Below are positions 28,856 through 36,475 of a DNA stretch of 56,106 bases, one piece after another (position 1 is the stretch's first letter; every line of letters begins with the position of its first letter). The DNA comes from Thermoanaerobaculia bacterium (GTDB lineage Bacteria > Acidobacteriota > Thermoanaerobaculia > Gp7-AA8), in assembly GCA_035255945.1 (NCBI GenBank), contig DATEZA010000280.1, forward strand, positions 1 to 56,106. Reading direction: 5' to 3'. Position numbers and translations under genes: made by a program. The notes beneath the pieces were generated by a model that had not been told where the DNA came from, ran no database searches, and was given only the letters and a program-made list of their open reading frames with translations.

Positions 28856-29512
28856 ATGATCATCGAAGCACGCAACATCCAAAAACACTTCACCGACGGC
28901 AAGGAATCGATCCCCGTCCTGCGCGGCATCGACTTCGGCGTCGAGCGTGGCGAGATCGTTTCGCTCGAAGGACCGTCGGGCTCCGGCAAGACGACGTTCC
29001 TCTCGATCCTCGGCTGCATTCTCACGCCGACGAAAGGCGATGTCGTCATCGACGGCGAGCGCGTCGAAGCGAAGAAACTGAACGCGATCCGCAAGCGCTC
29101 GCTCGGCTTCGTCTTTCAGCAGTTCAACCTGTTTCCGTCGCTCACCGCGCTCGAGAACATCGAGTACGCGCTGAACGTGAAAGGTATGCGCGGCAAAGAA
29201 GCGCGCACCGAAGCGCAGCGCGTGATCGAGGCGGTCGGCCTCGGCGATCGCCAGGCGTTCCTGCCGCGCGATCTGAGCGGCGGACAGAAACAGCGCGTCG
29301 CGGTTGCGCGCGCGCTCGCCGGCAACGCGCCGATCCTCCTCGCTGATGAACCGACTGCGAATCTCGACTCGGTCGTCGGCACGCAGGTGCTGGAGATGTT
29401 CCGCACCCTGGCGAAGCAGGAGAACCGCGCGCTCGTCATCGTCACTCACGACCCCAAAGTCCGCGCGGTCGCCGATCGCGTGGTGAAGATCCACGACGGG
29501 AGATTGTCATGA
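28856..29512 (+). CDS. ABC transporter ATP-binding protein
   Basis: GPSGSGKTT Walker A, LSGGQKQRVA, LLADEPT, VTHD. Confidence 0.96.
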   Translation: MIIEARNIQKHFTDGKESIPVLRGIDFGVERGEIVSLEGPSGSGKTTFLSILGCILTPTKGDVVIDGERVEAKKLNAIRKRSLGFVFQQFNLFPSLTALENIEYALNVKGMRGKEARTEAQRVIEAVGLGDRQAFLPRDLSGGQKQRVAVARALAGNAPILLADEPTANLDSVVGTQVLEMFRTLAKQENRALVIVTHDPKVRAVADRVVKIHDGRLS

Positions 29513-30360
29513 AGAAGTTGATTGCCCCCGCCCTCGGAATGCTCATCGTCATCATCACGGTCGTGCAGGTGCGCGCGAATCGTGTGACTCCGTCTCAACC
29601 CTCTGCGCGGGTATCCGCGCCTGCACATGTCGTCGCCGAGGGCCGCGTCGCGACGTATCCCGGCGCCGAAGTCACCGTCGGCAGCGATGTCGCGGGCACG
29701 ATCGACAAGCTCGAAGTTCGCGAACAGGACGTCGTCCACAAAGGCGACGTGATCGCGACCCTGCGCGCGGACGATCAGCGCGCGTCGTTGCGGGAAGCAC
29801 GCGCCCGCGTCGGCGAAGCGGACGCGGACATCAGGCTTTTCGAGCTCGAGACCGAGCGCGCGGAGCGGCTCTATCGCGAGAACATCGGCTCGAAGCAGAC
29901 GTGGGAGCGGAGCGAACGCGATCTCGATGCGGCGCGTGCGCGTCGTGCGTCGGCGCAGGCGGAAGCGCTGCGACTCGAAGCAGTCGTCGAGAAGACCGTC
30001 ATCAAAGCGCCGATCGACGGCGTGGTCATCGCCCGGATGCATCAGCGCGGCGAGACCATCAACGCAGGCGATTCGCTGATCACGATCGCCGACCTGCACC
30101 GCACGCGCATCGAAGCGGAAGTCGACGAGTTCGACTCCGCACGCGTGCGCAACGGCGGCGAAGTCTCGATCGCGGCGGAGGGCTACGACCAGCGCTGGAA
30201 AGGCGTGATCGAGGAAGTGCCGGGAAATGTGGTGAGCCGGCGGCTGAAGCCGCAGGATCCGTCGAAGCCGATCGACACACGCGTGCTGCTGGTGAAAGTC
30301 GCGATGGCCGAGGCGACACCGTTGAAGCTGGGGCAAAGGGTGGAAGTGGAGTTTCGGTAA
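29509..30360 (+). CDS. HlyD/periplasmic adaptor subunit of efflux system
   Basis: N-terminal anchor, lipoyl-like V.EQDVVHKGDVI, coiled coil, IKAPIDGVV, VEEFD-like VDEFD. Confidence 0.92.
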   Translation: MKKLIAPALGMLIVIITVVQVRANRVTPSQPSARVSAPAHVVAEGRVATYPGAEVTVGSDVAGTIDKLEVREQDVVHKGDVIATLRADDQRASLREARARVGEADADIRLFELETERAERLYRENIGSKQTWERSERDLDAARARRASAQAEALRLEAVVEKTVIKAPIDGVVIARMHQRGETINAGDSLITIADLHRTRIEAEVDEFDSARVRNGGEVSIAAEGYDQRWKGVIEEVPGNVVSRRLKPQDPSKPIDTRVLLVKVAMAEATPLKLGQRVEVEFR

Positions 30361-30403
30361 AGATCGATGATGACGTGTCGATCGCAGTCATCCGATTTGC
30401 CGC

Positions 30404-30486
30404 GTGTCATCCTGAGCGAAGCGAAGGACCCGTATGTCGAGCTCGATGAACGGGTCCTTCGCCGTCTTCGCGGCTCAGGATGACAC
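30404..30486. repeat. CGTC/GTCATCC-type palindrome abutting the amidase stop
   Basis: gtgtcatcctgagcgaagcgaaggacccg ... cgggtccttcgccgtcttcgcggctcaggatgacac. Confidence 0.9.
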
Positions 30487-31830
30487 TTACGACACGCTTG
30501 GTGGCGTCTTCGTGTGCCAGCTCGTACTCAGCTGAAACAGATTCGCCGCCGCGAGCACCGCATCCTCATCGCCGAACTTGCCCACGAACTGAATCCCCGC
30601 GGGCAGTCCCTTCGACGTGAAGCCGGACGGCACGCTGATCGCCGGAAGTCCGCAGAAGTTGCCGATACCGCCGAGCGGATCGGAGAACGCGAGATCGGTT
30701 TCGAGGTTCGTCTCCATCGTCGTCGCGGCGACCGGCAGTGATGCGGCTGCGAGCACGTCGACGTGCTTGAACATGTCGTCCATCTTCTTGCGAATGATCG
30801 TGCGGATGCGCTGCGCGCGAACGTAATCGGCACCGGAGACCGTCGCGTTGACGTAGCCGCCGATCTTCCCAAGTGGATCAGTGAGCTCATTCAATCGTCC
30901 ACTTTCGATCAGCATGTCGAACGCCGACGCGCCTTCAACCGAGATCGTCACGCCCGCCGCGATCTCCCACGGTCCTTCCGGCAGCGCGGCATCCTCGACC
31001 TTCGCGTGGGACTTCAACACGTTCAGCGCATCGCTCGTGATCCGCGCGATGTCGGGCTGCACGGTCGTCCACGCGTTCGTCACCCAGCCGATGCGCAGCG
31101 ATCGCGGCGCGCGGGTGTACTTGAACGACGACAGCTCGGCGAGCACCAGTCCGCAATCGTCGGCGGTGCGCGCCATCGGTCCGATCTTGTCCATCGAGTA
31201 CGCGAGCGCCATCGCGCCTTCGCGGCTCACGCGATCGAATGTCGGGCGCAGTCCGGAGATCCCGCAATACGCCGACGGGCAGATGATCGAGCCCCACGTC
31301 TCGGTTCCGATCGCGAACGGCGCGAGCATCGCGGAGACGATCGCACCCGATCCGCTCGATGAGCCGCACGTCCAGCACGTCTCGTCCCACGGATTCTTCG
31401 CGCCGCCCTGCAGCGATGCTGTCCCGAATCGATAACCCATGCCGCCGGCGAGCTCGATCATCGCAGCCTTGCCGATCAGCACCGCGCCGGCGTCGTGTAG
31501 TTTGCGAATCACCGCCGCGTCGCGATCGAACATCTGCTTCGCAAACGGACGCGCGCCCCACGTCGTCGGATAGCCCTTCGCCGCGAGCAGGTCCTTCGCC
31601 GCGTACGGAATGCCGTGCAGCGGTCCGCGATATTTGCCCGCCGCGATCTCGCCTTCCGCCGCACGCGCTTCGTTCATCGCGCGTTCGCGGGTCAGCGTCG
31701 CGTACGCGTTGAGCTTCGATCCGATGCGGTCGCTGCGATCGAGAAACGTCTGCGTCACTTCGACCGGCGAGATCTCCTTCTTGCGAATGTGCTCGCCCAA
31801 TTCGCGGACACTCATTCCGACGATGTTCAT
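30487..31830 (-). CDS. Amidase-signature family enzyme (GatA/AtzE-like), no signal peptide
   Basis: GPLHGIPYAAKD, GSSSGS, GTETWGSI catalytic Lys/Ser/Ser positions, GLRPT, DKIGPMAR, GLPAISVP. Confidence 0.93.
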   Translation of the reverse strand: MNIVGMSVRELGEHIRKKEISPVEVTQTFLDRSDRIGSKLNAYATLTRERAMNEARAAEGEIAAGKYRGPLHGIPYAAKDLLAAKGYPTTWGARPFAKQMFDRDAAVIRKLHDAGAVLIGKAAMIELAGGMGYRFGTASLQGGAKNPWDETCWTCGSSSGSGAIVSAMLAPFAIGTETWGSIICPSAYCGISGLRPTFDRVSREGAMALAYSMDKIGPMARTADDCGLVLAELSSFKYTRAPRSLRIGWVTNAWTTVQPDIARITSDALNVLKSHAKVEDAALPEGPWEIAAGVTISVEGASAFDMLIESGRLNELTDPLGKIGGYVNATVSGADYVRAQRIRTIIRKKMDDMFKHVDVLAAASLPVAATTMETNLETDLAFSDPLGGIGNFCGLPAISVPSGFTSKGLPAGIQFVGKFGDEDAVLAAANLFQLSTSWHTKTPPSVS

Positions 31831-32090
31831 TTCGGCGCCTCGTCCGGCATCACGCCGTTGTCGAGCGCGTACTTGCGCATCGTGACCAGGCTCCGCTCGT
31901 TGTCGCTGATCAGCCGCATGAGATCGACCTTCTGCTCATCGGTGAAGCTCGCGCCCCACTTCCTGACGATCCAGTCGTACCGCGCCAGCGCCTCGGGTGG
32001 CGTGATGGGAGGCGACTCCGTTCCGTACGCGGCGACACCCGCTGCACCGGCTGCCGTCGTGACGAAGAAATTGCGGCGACTCACTTTCAT
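31827..32090 (-). CDS. Small Tat-signal protein (87 aa), candidate amidase small subunit
   Basis: MKVSRRNFFV twin-arginine motif and A/G-rich h-region; ATGA overlaps with both neighbours. Confidence 0.8.
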   Translation of the reverse strand: MKVSRRNFFVTTAAGAAGVAAYGTESPPITPPEALARYDWIVRKWGASFTDEQKVDLMRLISDNERSLVTMRKYALDNGVMPDEAPK

Positions 32091-32740
32091 CGCTGATCTC
32101 CTTTGCGAACGATCTCCACACCCTGGTGGCCGCGACGGCCCGCGCCGCCGCGCTTTGCTTTTTCGAGCGTCATCAGGAATCCGAATGCGGGATCTTTGAA
32201 CTGCAGGTGCCGGAGCAGGTTCCAGTGTTTGCGCACGTAATTCTGCAGAAACTCGAGGACGTGTCCGAGGGAGATGATGCGGCAGGGCGGAACGGCGGCG
32301 CCGGGTGGAAACGATGCGAACACGATCAGCCGCACGCTGTAGCCCGACGGCAGATGCGTAGTGCCGGTCTCGAGCAGCTCGTTGACGCCGCGGTCTTCGT
32401 CGTCGGGCGTTTCGCCGAACCGCGAGATCACCGCGCGCAGCACGCCCGGATCGCGCACCGCGCTGTTGATGCCGACGCGTCCTTCCTTCACCTCGCCGAT
32501 GATCATGTCGACCGTCTTGCGCGGGATGCCGAGACCGGGATCGGTCTCGGTGATGTCGAGCCCTTTCGGTTGCCTGCGCGGGATCGCCGGCGCGATTGTC
32601 GGAAAGCGGAACGCGAGCATGTCGATGTCGGTGATGGTTCGCGTGCGGCGCCCTGCGCCAGCCATGATCGGATACTCGGCGGAGGTGAAATAGCCGTTGA
32701 GCTGGAGGTACGCCTGCACGAGCGCGACAGCGTGATCCAT
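32087..32740 (-). CDS. Hypothetical protein with a PD-(D/E)xK-like motif
   Basis: ALVQAYLQLNGY helix, TDIDMLAFR, IIGEVKEG; start taken at MDHAV (the longer ORF runs through a REP). Confidence 0.7.
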   Translation of the reverse strand: MDHAVALVQAYLQLNGYFTSAEYPIMAGAGRRTRTITDIDMLAFRFPTIAPAIPRRQPKGLDITETDPGLGIPRKTVDMIIGEVKEGRVGINSAVRDPGVLRAVISRFGETPDDEDRGVNELLETGTTHLPSGYSVRLIVFASFPPGAAVPPCRIISLGHVLEFLQNYVRKHWNLLRHLQFKDPAFGFLMTLEKAKRGGAGRRGHQGVEIVRKGDQR

Positions 32741-32751
32741 GGGACGAAGAT

Positions 32752-32906
32752 AGCAGACAGCAGACAGCGGACAGCACCGTGTCATGGCGAGCGCAGTCGA
32801 GCCATCCCCCTGCCGAAGCACGCTCCTCGCGCAATTCAGGGGATCCCTCGACTTCGCTCGGGATGACACGCGTCGTCATCGGGATGACACGCGTCGTCCG
32901 CTGTCT
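32752..32906. repeat. Composite repeat: heptamers, GTCAT-type palindrome (32779-32869), ~21-bp terminal duplication, inverted heptamer
   Basis: agcagacagcagacagcggacagc; arms match 21404-21495; cgggatgacacgcgtcgtc occurs twice. Confidence 0.85.
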
Positions 32907-32930
32907 ACGCTACACTTCCCTCACATCAAA

Positions 32931-33305
32931 ATGGAAAACGGCAAGCGCCCGCTTTACGACTGTTCGAAGTGCCCCGCTTACTGCTGCAGTTACGAGCGGA
33001 TCATCGTCAACAAGCGCGACCTCGCGCGGCTGGCAAAGCACTTCGAGATCGACGTGGAGACGGCGCGCCTGCGTTTCACGAAAGTCGTCGAGAAGGAACA
33101 GGTCCTCCGTCATCAGAAGGACGAGATCTACGGCTCTGTTTGCATGTTCCTCGATAAGAAGACGCGCCGCTGCACGATCTACGATGCGCGTCCCGGCGTC
33201 TGTCACGAGTACCCGGACTGGTCGCGCTGCGGCTATTACGAATTTCTGAAGTGGGAGCGCCGTCAACAGGATGATCCAGACTTCATCCCGCTCAAGCTCG
33301 GCTGA
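32931..33305 (+). CDS. YkgJ-family cysteine-cluster protein
   Basis: CSKCPAYCC, CMFLD...CTIYDARP.VC..YP. Confidence 0.9.
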   Translation: MENGKRPLYDCSKCPAYCCSYERIIVNKRDLARLAKHFEIDVETARLRFTKVVEKEQVLRHQKDEIYGSVCMFLDKKTRRCTIYDARPGVCHEYPDWSRCGYYEFLKWERRQQDDPDFIPLKLG

Positions 33306-33348
33306 GGCCGCTGAAATCGCGTCCGCGCGACACACTGTTATTTGCAGC

Positions 33349-34320
33349 ATGTTGTACCGCGGTATCACTCTGTTTCTTCTCGCCCTGCTCCTCGCGCCGT
33401 GTCTCCTCGCGCAGGACCAGTCCTCATCACAGCATCTCGACGAGAACGTCTCCGTCGGATACGTGATGATCCCGTTCACGGTCCTCGGCAGGCACAGCGC
33501 CCCGATCACCGATCTTGACGCGCGCGAGGTCTCGCTGCTCGTCGACGACGTGCCGGTCAAGAGCGACATGTTCGAGAAGTCGATGGATGCGCCGGTGTCA
33601 TTCACGATCCTCGTCGACGGCTCCGGCTCGATGGCGCTCTCCGGCAAGATGGAAGCGGCCCGAGCGGCGGTCGAGGCGCTGATCGCGGGCCGCAAGCCGG
33701 GCGACGACTTCTCGCTCTTCGTCTTCGATGCGACCGAGGCGCACGAGATCGTCCCGTTCACCGACAACCCTCAGACAATTCTGACGGCGATGTACGGCAT
33801 CAAGCCGTGGGGCAAGACCGCGTTCTTCGATGCGGTCTCGACCATGCCGGAGAAGAGCCGGCTTGGGCGTAACCCTACACGGGCCATCATTTTGCTGAGT
33901 GACGGCATCGATAATGCTTCGACGCTCACCCGTGAGCAGCTCTCGAGGACTCTCGAGGGTCTCGGTATCCCGATCTATTCGCTCGGGTTGCGTGAAGCGG
34001 CCGAGGCGAAGCTGATGACGGGACAGACGGCGGAAGCGTCGTCGGACATCGCCCTGCTCGAGGATGTGGCGACGCAAACGGGTGGCCGTCTCTTCCTCGG
34101 CAACCGTCCGGAGCAGCTCGGAAAGGCAGTCGACCGTATCGAAAACGATCTGCGGGCCCAGTATCTGATGGGCTTTACTCCCACTGGTAAAGGTGCTGTA
34201 AAGTACCGCCGCATTTCGCTGAAGGTCGCGGGGCGAGTTCAGGCAGTCCGTGTACGCGCGGGGTATCGCGGCACCGAGCCCCCGGTTCTTACTAAAGCGA
34301 ACGAAAGGAAAAGAAGTTGA
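33349..34320 (+). CDS. VWA-domain protein (Acidobacteria-type)
   Basis: Signal peptide; VDGSGSM MIDAS, TAFFDAV, IILLSDGID, IYSLG, TGGRLF, QYLMGF. Confidence 0.9.
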   Translation: MLYRGITLFLLALLLAPCLLAQDQSSSQHLDENVSVGYVMIPFTVLGRHSAPITDLDAREVSLLVDDVPVKSDMFEKSMDAPVSFTILVDGSGSMALSGKMEAARAAVEALIAGRKPGDDFSLFVFDATEAHEIVPFTDNPQTILTAMYGIKPWGKTAFFDAVSTMPEKSRLGRNPTRAIILLSDGIDNASTLTREQLSRTLEGLGIPIYSLGLREAAEAKLMTGQTAEASSDIALLEDVATQTGGRLFLGNRPEQLGKAVDRIENDLRAQYLMGFTPTGKGAVKYRRISLKVAGRVQAVRVRAGYRGTEPPVLTKANERKRS

Positions 34321-34967
34321 TGAGAATCGCAGCCAAGGTATCCCGTGTCCTAACGGTGTCCTTCGTGGCCGGAGCACTCGCAGCCGGATGCGCCACGAAC
34401 AAGGACGTCGACCGGAAGATCGCGGAAGCGACCTCCCAGTCCCAGGCGACCACCAATCAGAAGATCGAGTCGGTGGCGTCGCAGGTGGAGCAGGTTCAGC
34501 AGCATCAGAAAGAGCAGGACGCGCAGCTCGCGACCCTGAGTCAGGAAGCGAAGGACGCGCTCAAGCGCGCCGAAGACGCAGGCATCCTCGCCAAAGGCGC
34601 CGGCAAGGTCGTCTTCGAGCAGACCTTCTCGGACGATAAGGTCAAGTTCAAGAGCGGCAAGTACGACCTCAGCAAGGACGCGAAAGCAGCTCTCGACGAC
34701 CTCGGCAACAAGCTGAAGGGGATGGTCGAGAAGCAGTACTTCGTCGAGATCCAGGGTCATACGGATGACACCGGCGGCACGCGCTACAACGACGAGCTCG
34801 GCCAGCGCCGCGCCGACGAAGTGCGCCGCTACCTCTCGCGCCAGTACGGCGTTCCTCTGAACCGCATGTCGACGATTTCGTACGGCGACACGCTGCCGGT
34901 CGCGCCGAACAAGACCCGCGCCGGACGCTCGCAGAACCGCCGCGTCGTGGTGGTCGTGCTCGAGTAG
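34320..34967 (+). CDS. OmpA/Pal-family lipoprotein
   Basis: LAAG-C lipobox, coiled coil, EIQGHTD, N..LGQRRA..V, SYG..P, NRRV. Confidence 0.93.
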   Translation: MRIAAKVSRVLTVSFVAGALAAGCATNKDVDRKIAEATSQSQATTNQKIESVASQVEQVQQHQKEQDAQLATLSQEAKDALKRAEDAGILAKGAGKVVFEQTFSDDKVKFKSGKYDLSKDAKAALDDLGNKLKGMVEKQYFVEIQGHTDDTGGTRYNDELGQRRADEVRRYLSRQYGVPLNRMSTISYGDTLPVAPNKTRAGRSQNRRVVVVVLE

Positions 34968-34973
34968 TTTCTC

Positions 34974-35330
34974 CTACGCAGCGTTTGCACTCGGGCCGGC
35001 GTTCGCGCCGGCCTTTTTTGTTGCGAGCCCGAGGAGAAGGCCGACGGTGGCGGTCGCGAAAAGCGTGATGTGCACGGGACCGCCTTGCACGGCCCGAATG
35101 CCATAGACGAGATGCGCGACGAACTCCACTGCGACCGGCGCGAGCATCACCGAGAGGATCGCGAACGCGATCATGGTCTTCATTCGATACGCGAGAACCA
35201 GCGCCGCCACAAAGATCACAATATCGACGATCGCGCCCATGATCCAGTCAGTGTGCAGGTGAAGTTTCGTCGTTATGAAAATGAGCGATGCCGTAATGGC
35301 CAGCGGGATCAGATTCCGGATCATTCGCAT
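34974..35330 (-). CDS. Small 4-TM membrane protein (118 aa), candidate bacteriocin immunity factor
   Basis: GGAG RBS overlapping the upstream TAG; four hydrophobic segments; non-host codon usage. Confidence 0.7.
   Translation of the reverse strand: MRMIRNLIPLAITASLIFITTKLHLHTDWIMGAIVDIVIFVAALVLAYRMKTMIAFAILSVMLAPVAVEFVAHLVYGIRAVQGGPVHITLFATATVGLLLGLATKKAGANAGPSANAA
34994..35019 (+). terminator. Intrinsic terminator of the OmpA gene
   Basis: GGCCGGC-gttcgc-GCCGGCC followed by TTTTTT. Confidence 0.85.
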
Positions 35331-35340
35331 GATTGAGCTC

Positions 35341-35969
35341 CTACTCGCAGGCGCCATTACAAGGTTTTTCCCAGAACGTTCCGCAGCCGTCAGGCGTAAA
35401 CACACAGCGGAATACGCGCCTGCAAACTTCAGGACATGTCGGCCAGATGCAACACCAGTCGGAGTCCGTGCTGCACTCGCATTCAAATACGGTCGAGATT
35501 GCATGAAACTTCGTATTCATCGACGGCGCGAGCTGCAGCGCCCCCAAGCGCTGAAATACGAACTTGTATGTGACCGGATCAAATGCGGCTTTGCCATCAG
35601 CATCAGTCGCAGCAGCGGCTGATTCACCCGGGAATCCCACTGTGCGTCGGAGGGGCTTACGTCCATGATCCCGCTGTACAGCAGACCCACGGCCTGAAAA
35701 ATCACGGCACGCTGGCCGGCTGTCAATTCGGGATGTTCAGCAAGATATCGCTCGAGTTGCAGAAGCCACAAATCCGTTTTCAACTGCGGCGTGAAAGCCG
35801 CGAATCGATGTTTCACGCTGGCTACGTCACGCGCAAGCAGCTCATCGTACTTGGACTCCACGGTTGCCCGATCCCCGTGAAGAAGAAATGGCGAATGCCC
35901 CTGCCCACATAAGGTCGATGCGAAGCCTGAAACAATTGCGATCGCAAGACACAGTCGGGAAAACCTCAT
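35341..35969 (-). pseudogene. Fulvocin C-related bacteriocin precursor, split by a 1-nt frameshift near 35598 (real or sequencing error)
   Basis: Signal peptide and helical pro-region (KTDLWLLQL..L....ELTAGQRAVI) in ORF 35517-35978; Cys-rich tail CECSTDSDWC...CVFTPDGCGTFWEKPCNGAC in ORF 35341-35640; AAGGTG RBS before ATG 35969. Confidence 0.85.
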
Positions 35970-36011
35970 ACTAGACACCTTTCCGTTACTATTTCCGGCA
36001 TGACCTACGTC

Positions 36012-36040
36012 AACATGGCGTGTATTGAGCCGCCTGTCAA
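36012..36040 (-). promoter_or_regulatory. Putative sigma70 promoter of the bacteriocin cassette
   Basis: TTGACA, 17 nt, CATGTT on the minus strand, ~40 nt upstream of the start codon. Confidence 0.4.
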
Positions 36041-36105
36041 TGGATTGGATGTCGGTTTATGCTGTCGCAAAATGCGCAAACTGCTCGTTTTCGTGTTCGC
36101 CACAG

Positions 36106-36475
36106 ACCGGCTTCTACAGCGATCCGTATTCCGACTACGGCCGGCTGCAGAGCGACATGGTCCGCGCCATCCGCCTCGTCGTCGACACCGGCATCCACGC
36201 GAAGAAGTGGACTCGTCAACAAGTTGTCGATTACTTCCACGCGCATTCATCGACTGACGAGCCGACGGTGCAGATCGAGACCGATCGCTACATCGCGTGG
36301 CCTGGGCAGGCGCTCGGCTACAAAGTCGGCCAGCTCGAGATCCTGCGGCTGCGCGCGAAAGCGGAGAAGGAGCTCGGGCCGAAGTTCGACCTCAAAGAGT
36401 TTCACGATGTGGTGATCGGCGCGGGCTCGATTCCGCTCGATGTGCTCGCGCAGCGCGTCGACAACTGGATCAAGA
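36106..36475 (+). pseudogene. DUF885-family C-terminal remnant
   Basis: GFYSDPYSDYGRL...RAIRLVVDTGIH..KWTRQQ, ETDRYIAWPGQALGYKVGQL, FDLKEFHD, G.IPLDVL; no start, and no stop before it runs into xth. Confidence 0.85.

Noticed and set aside
35331-35504. 58-aa N-terminal extension of the membrane protein (ORF 34974-35504)
   Set aside because: It is an alternate frame of the bacteriocin tail; the RBS supports ATG 35330.
35585-35640. Programmed -1 ribosomal frameshift in the bacteriocin gene
   Set aside because: No X XXY YYZ slippery site or clear stimulatory structure was seen; an error or pseudogenisation is simpler.
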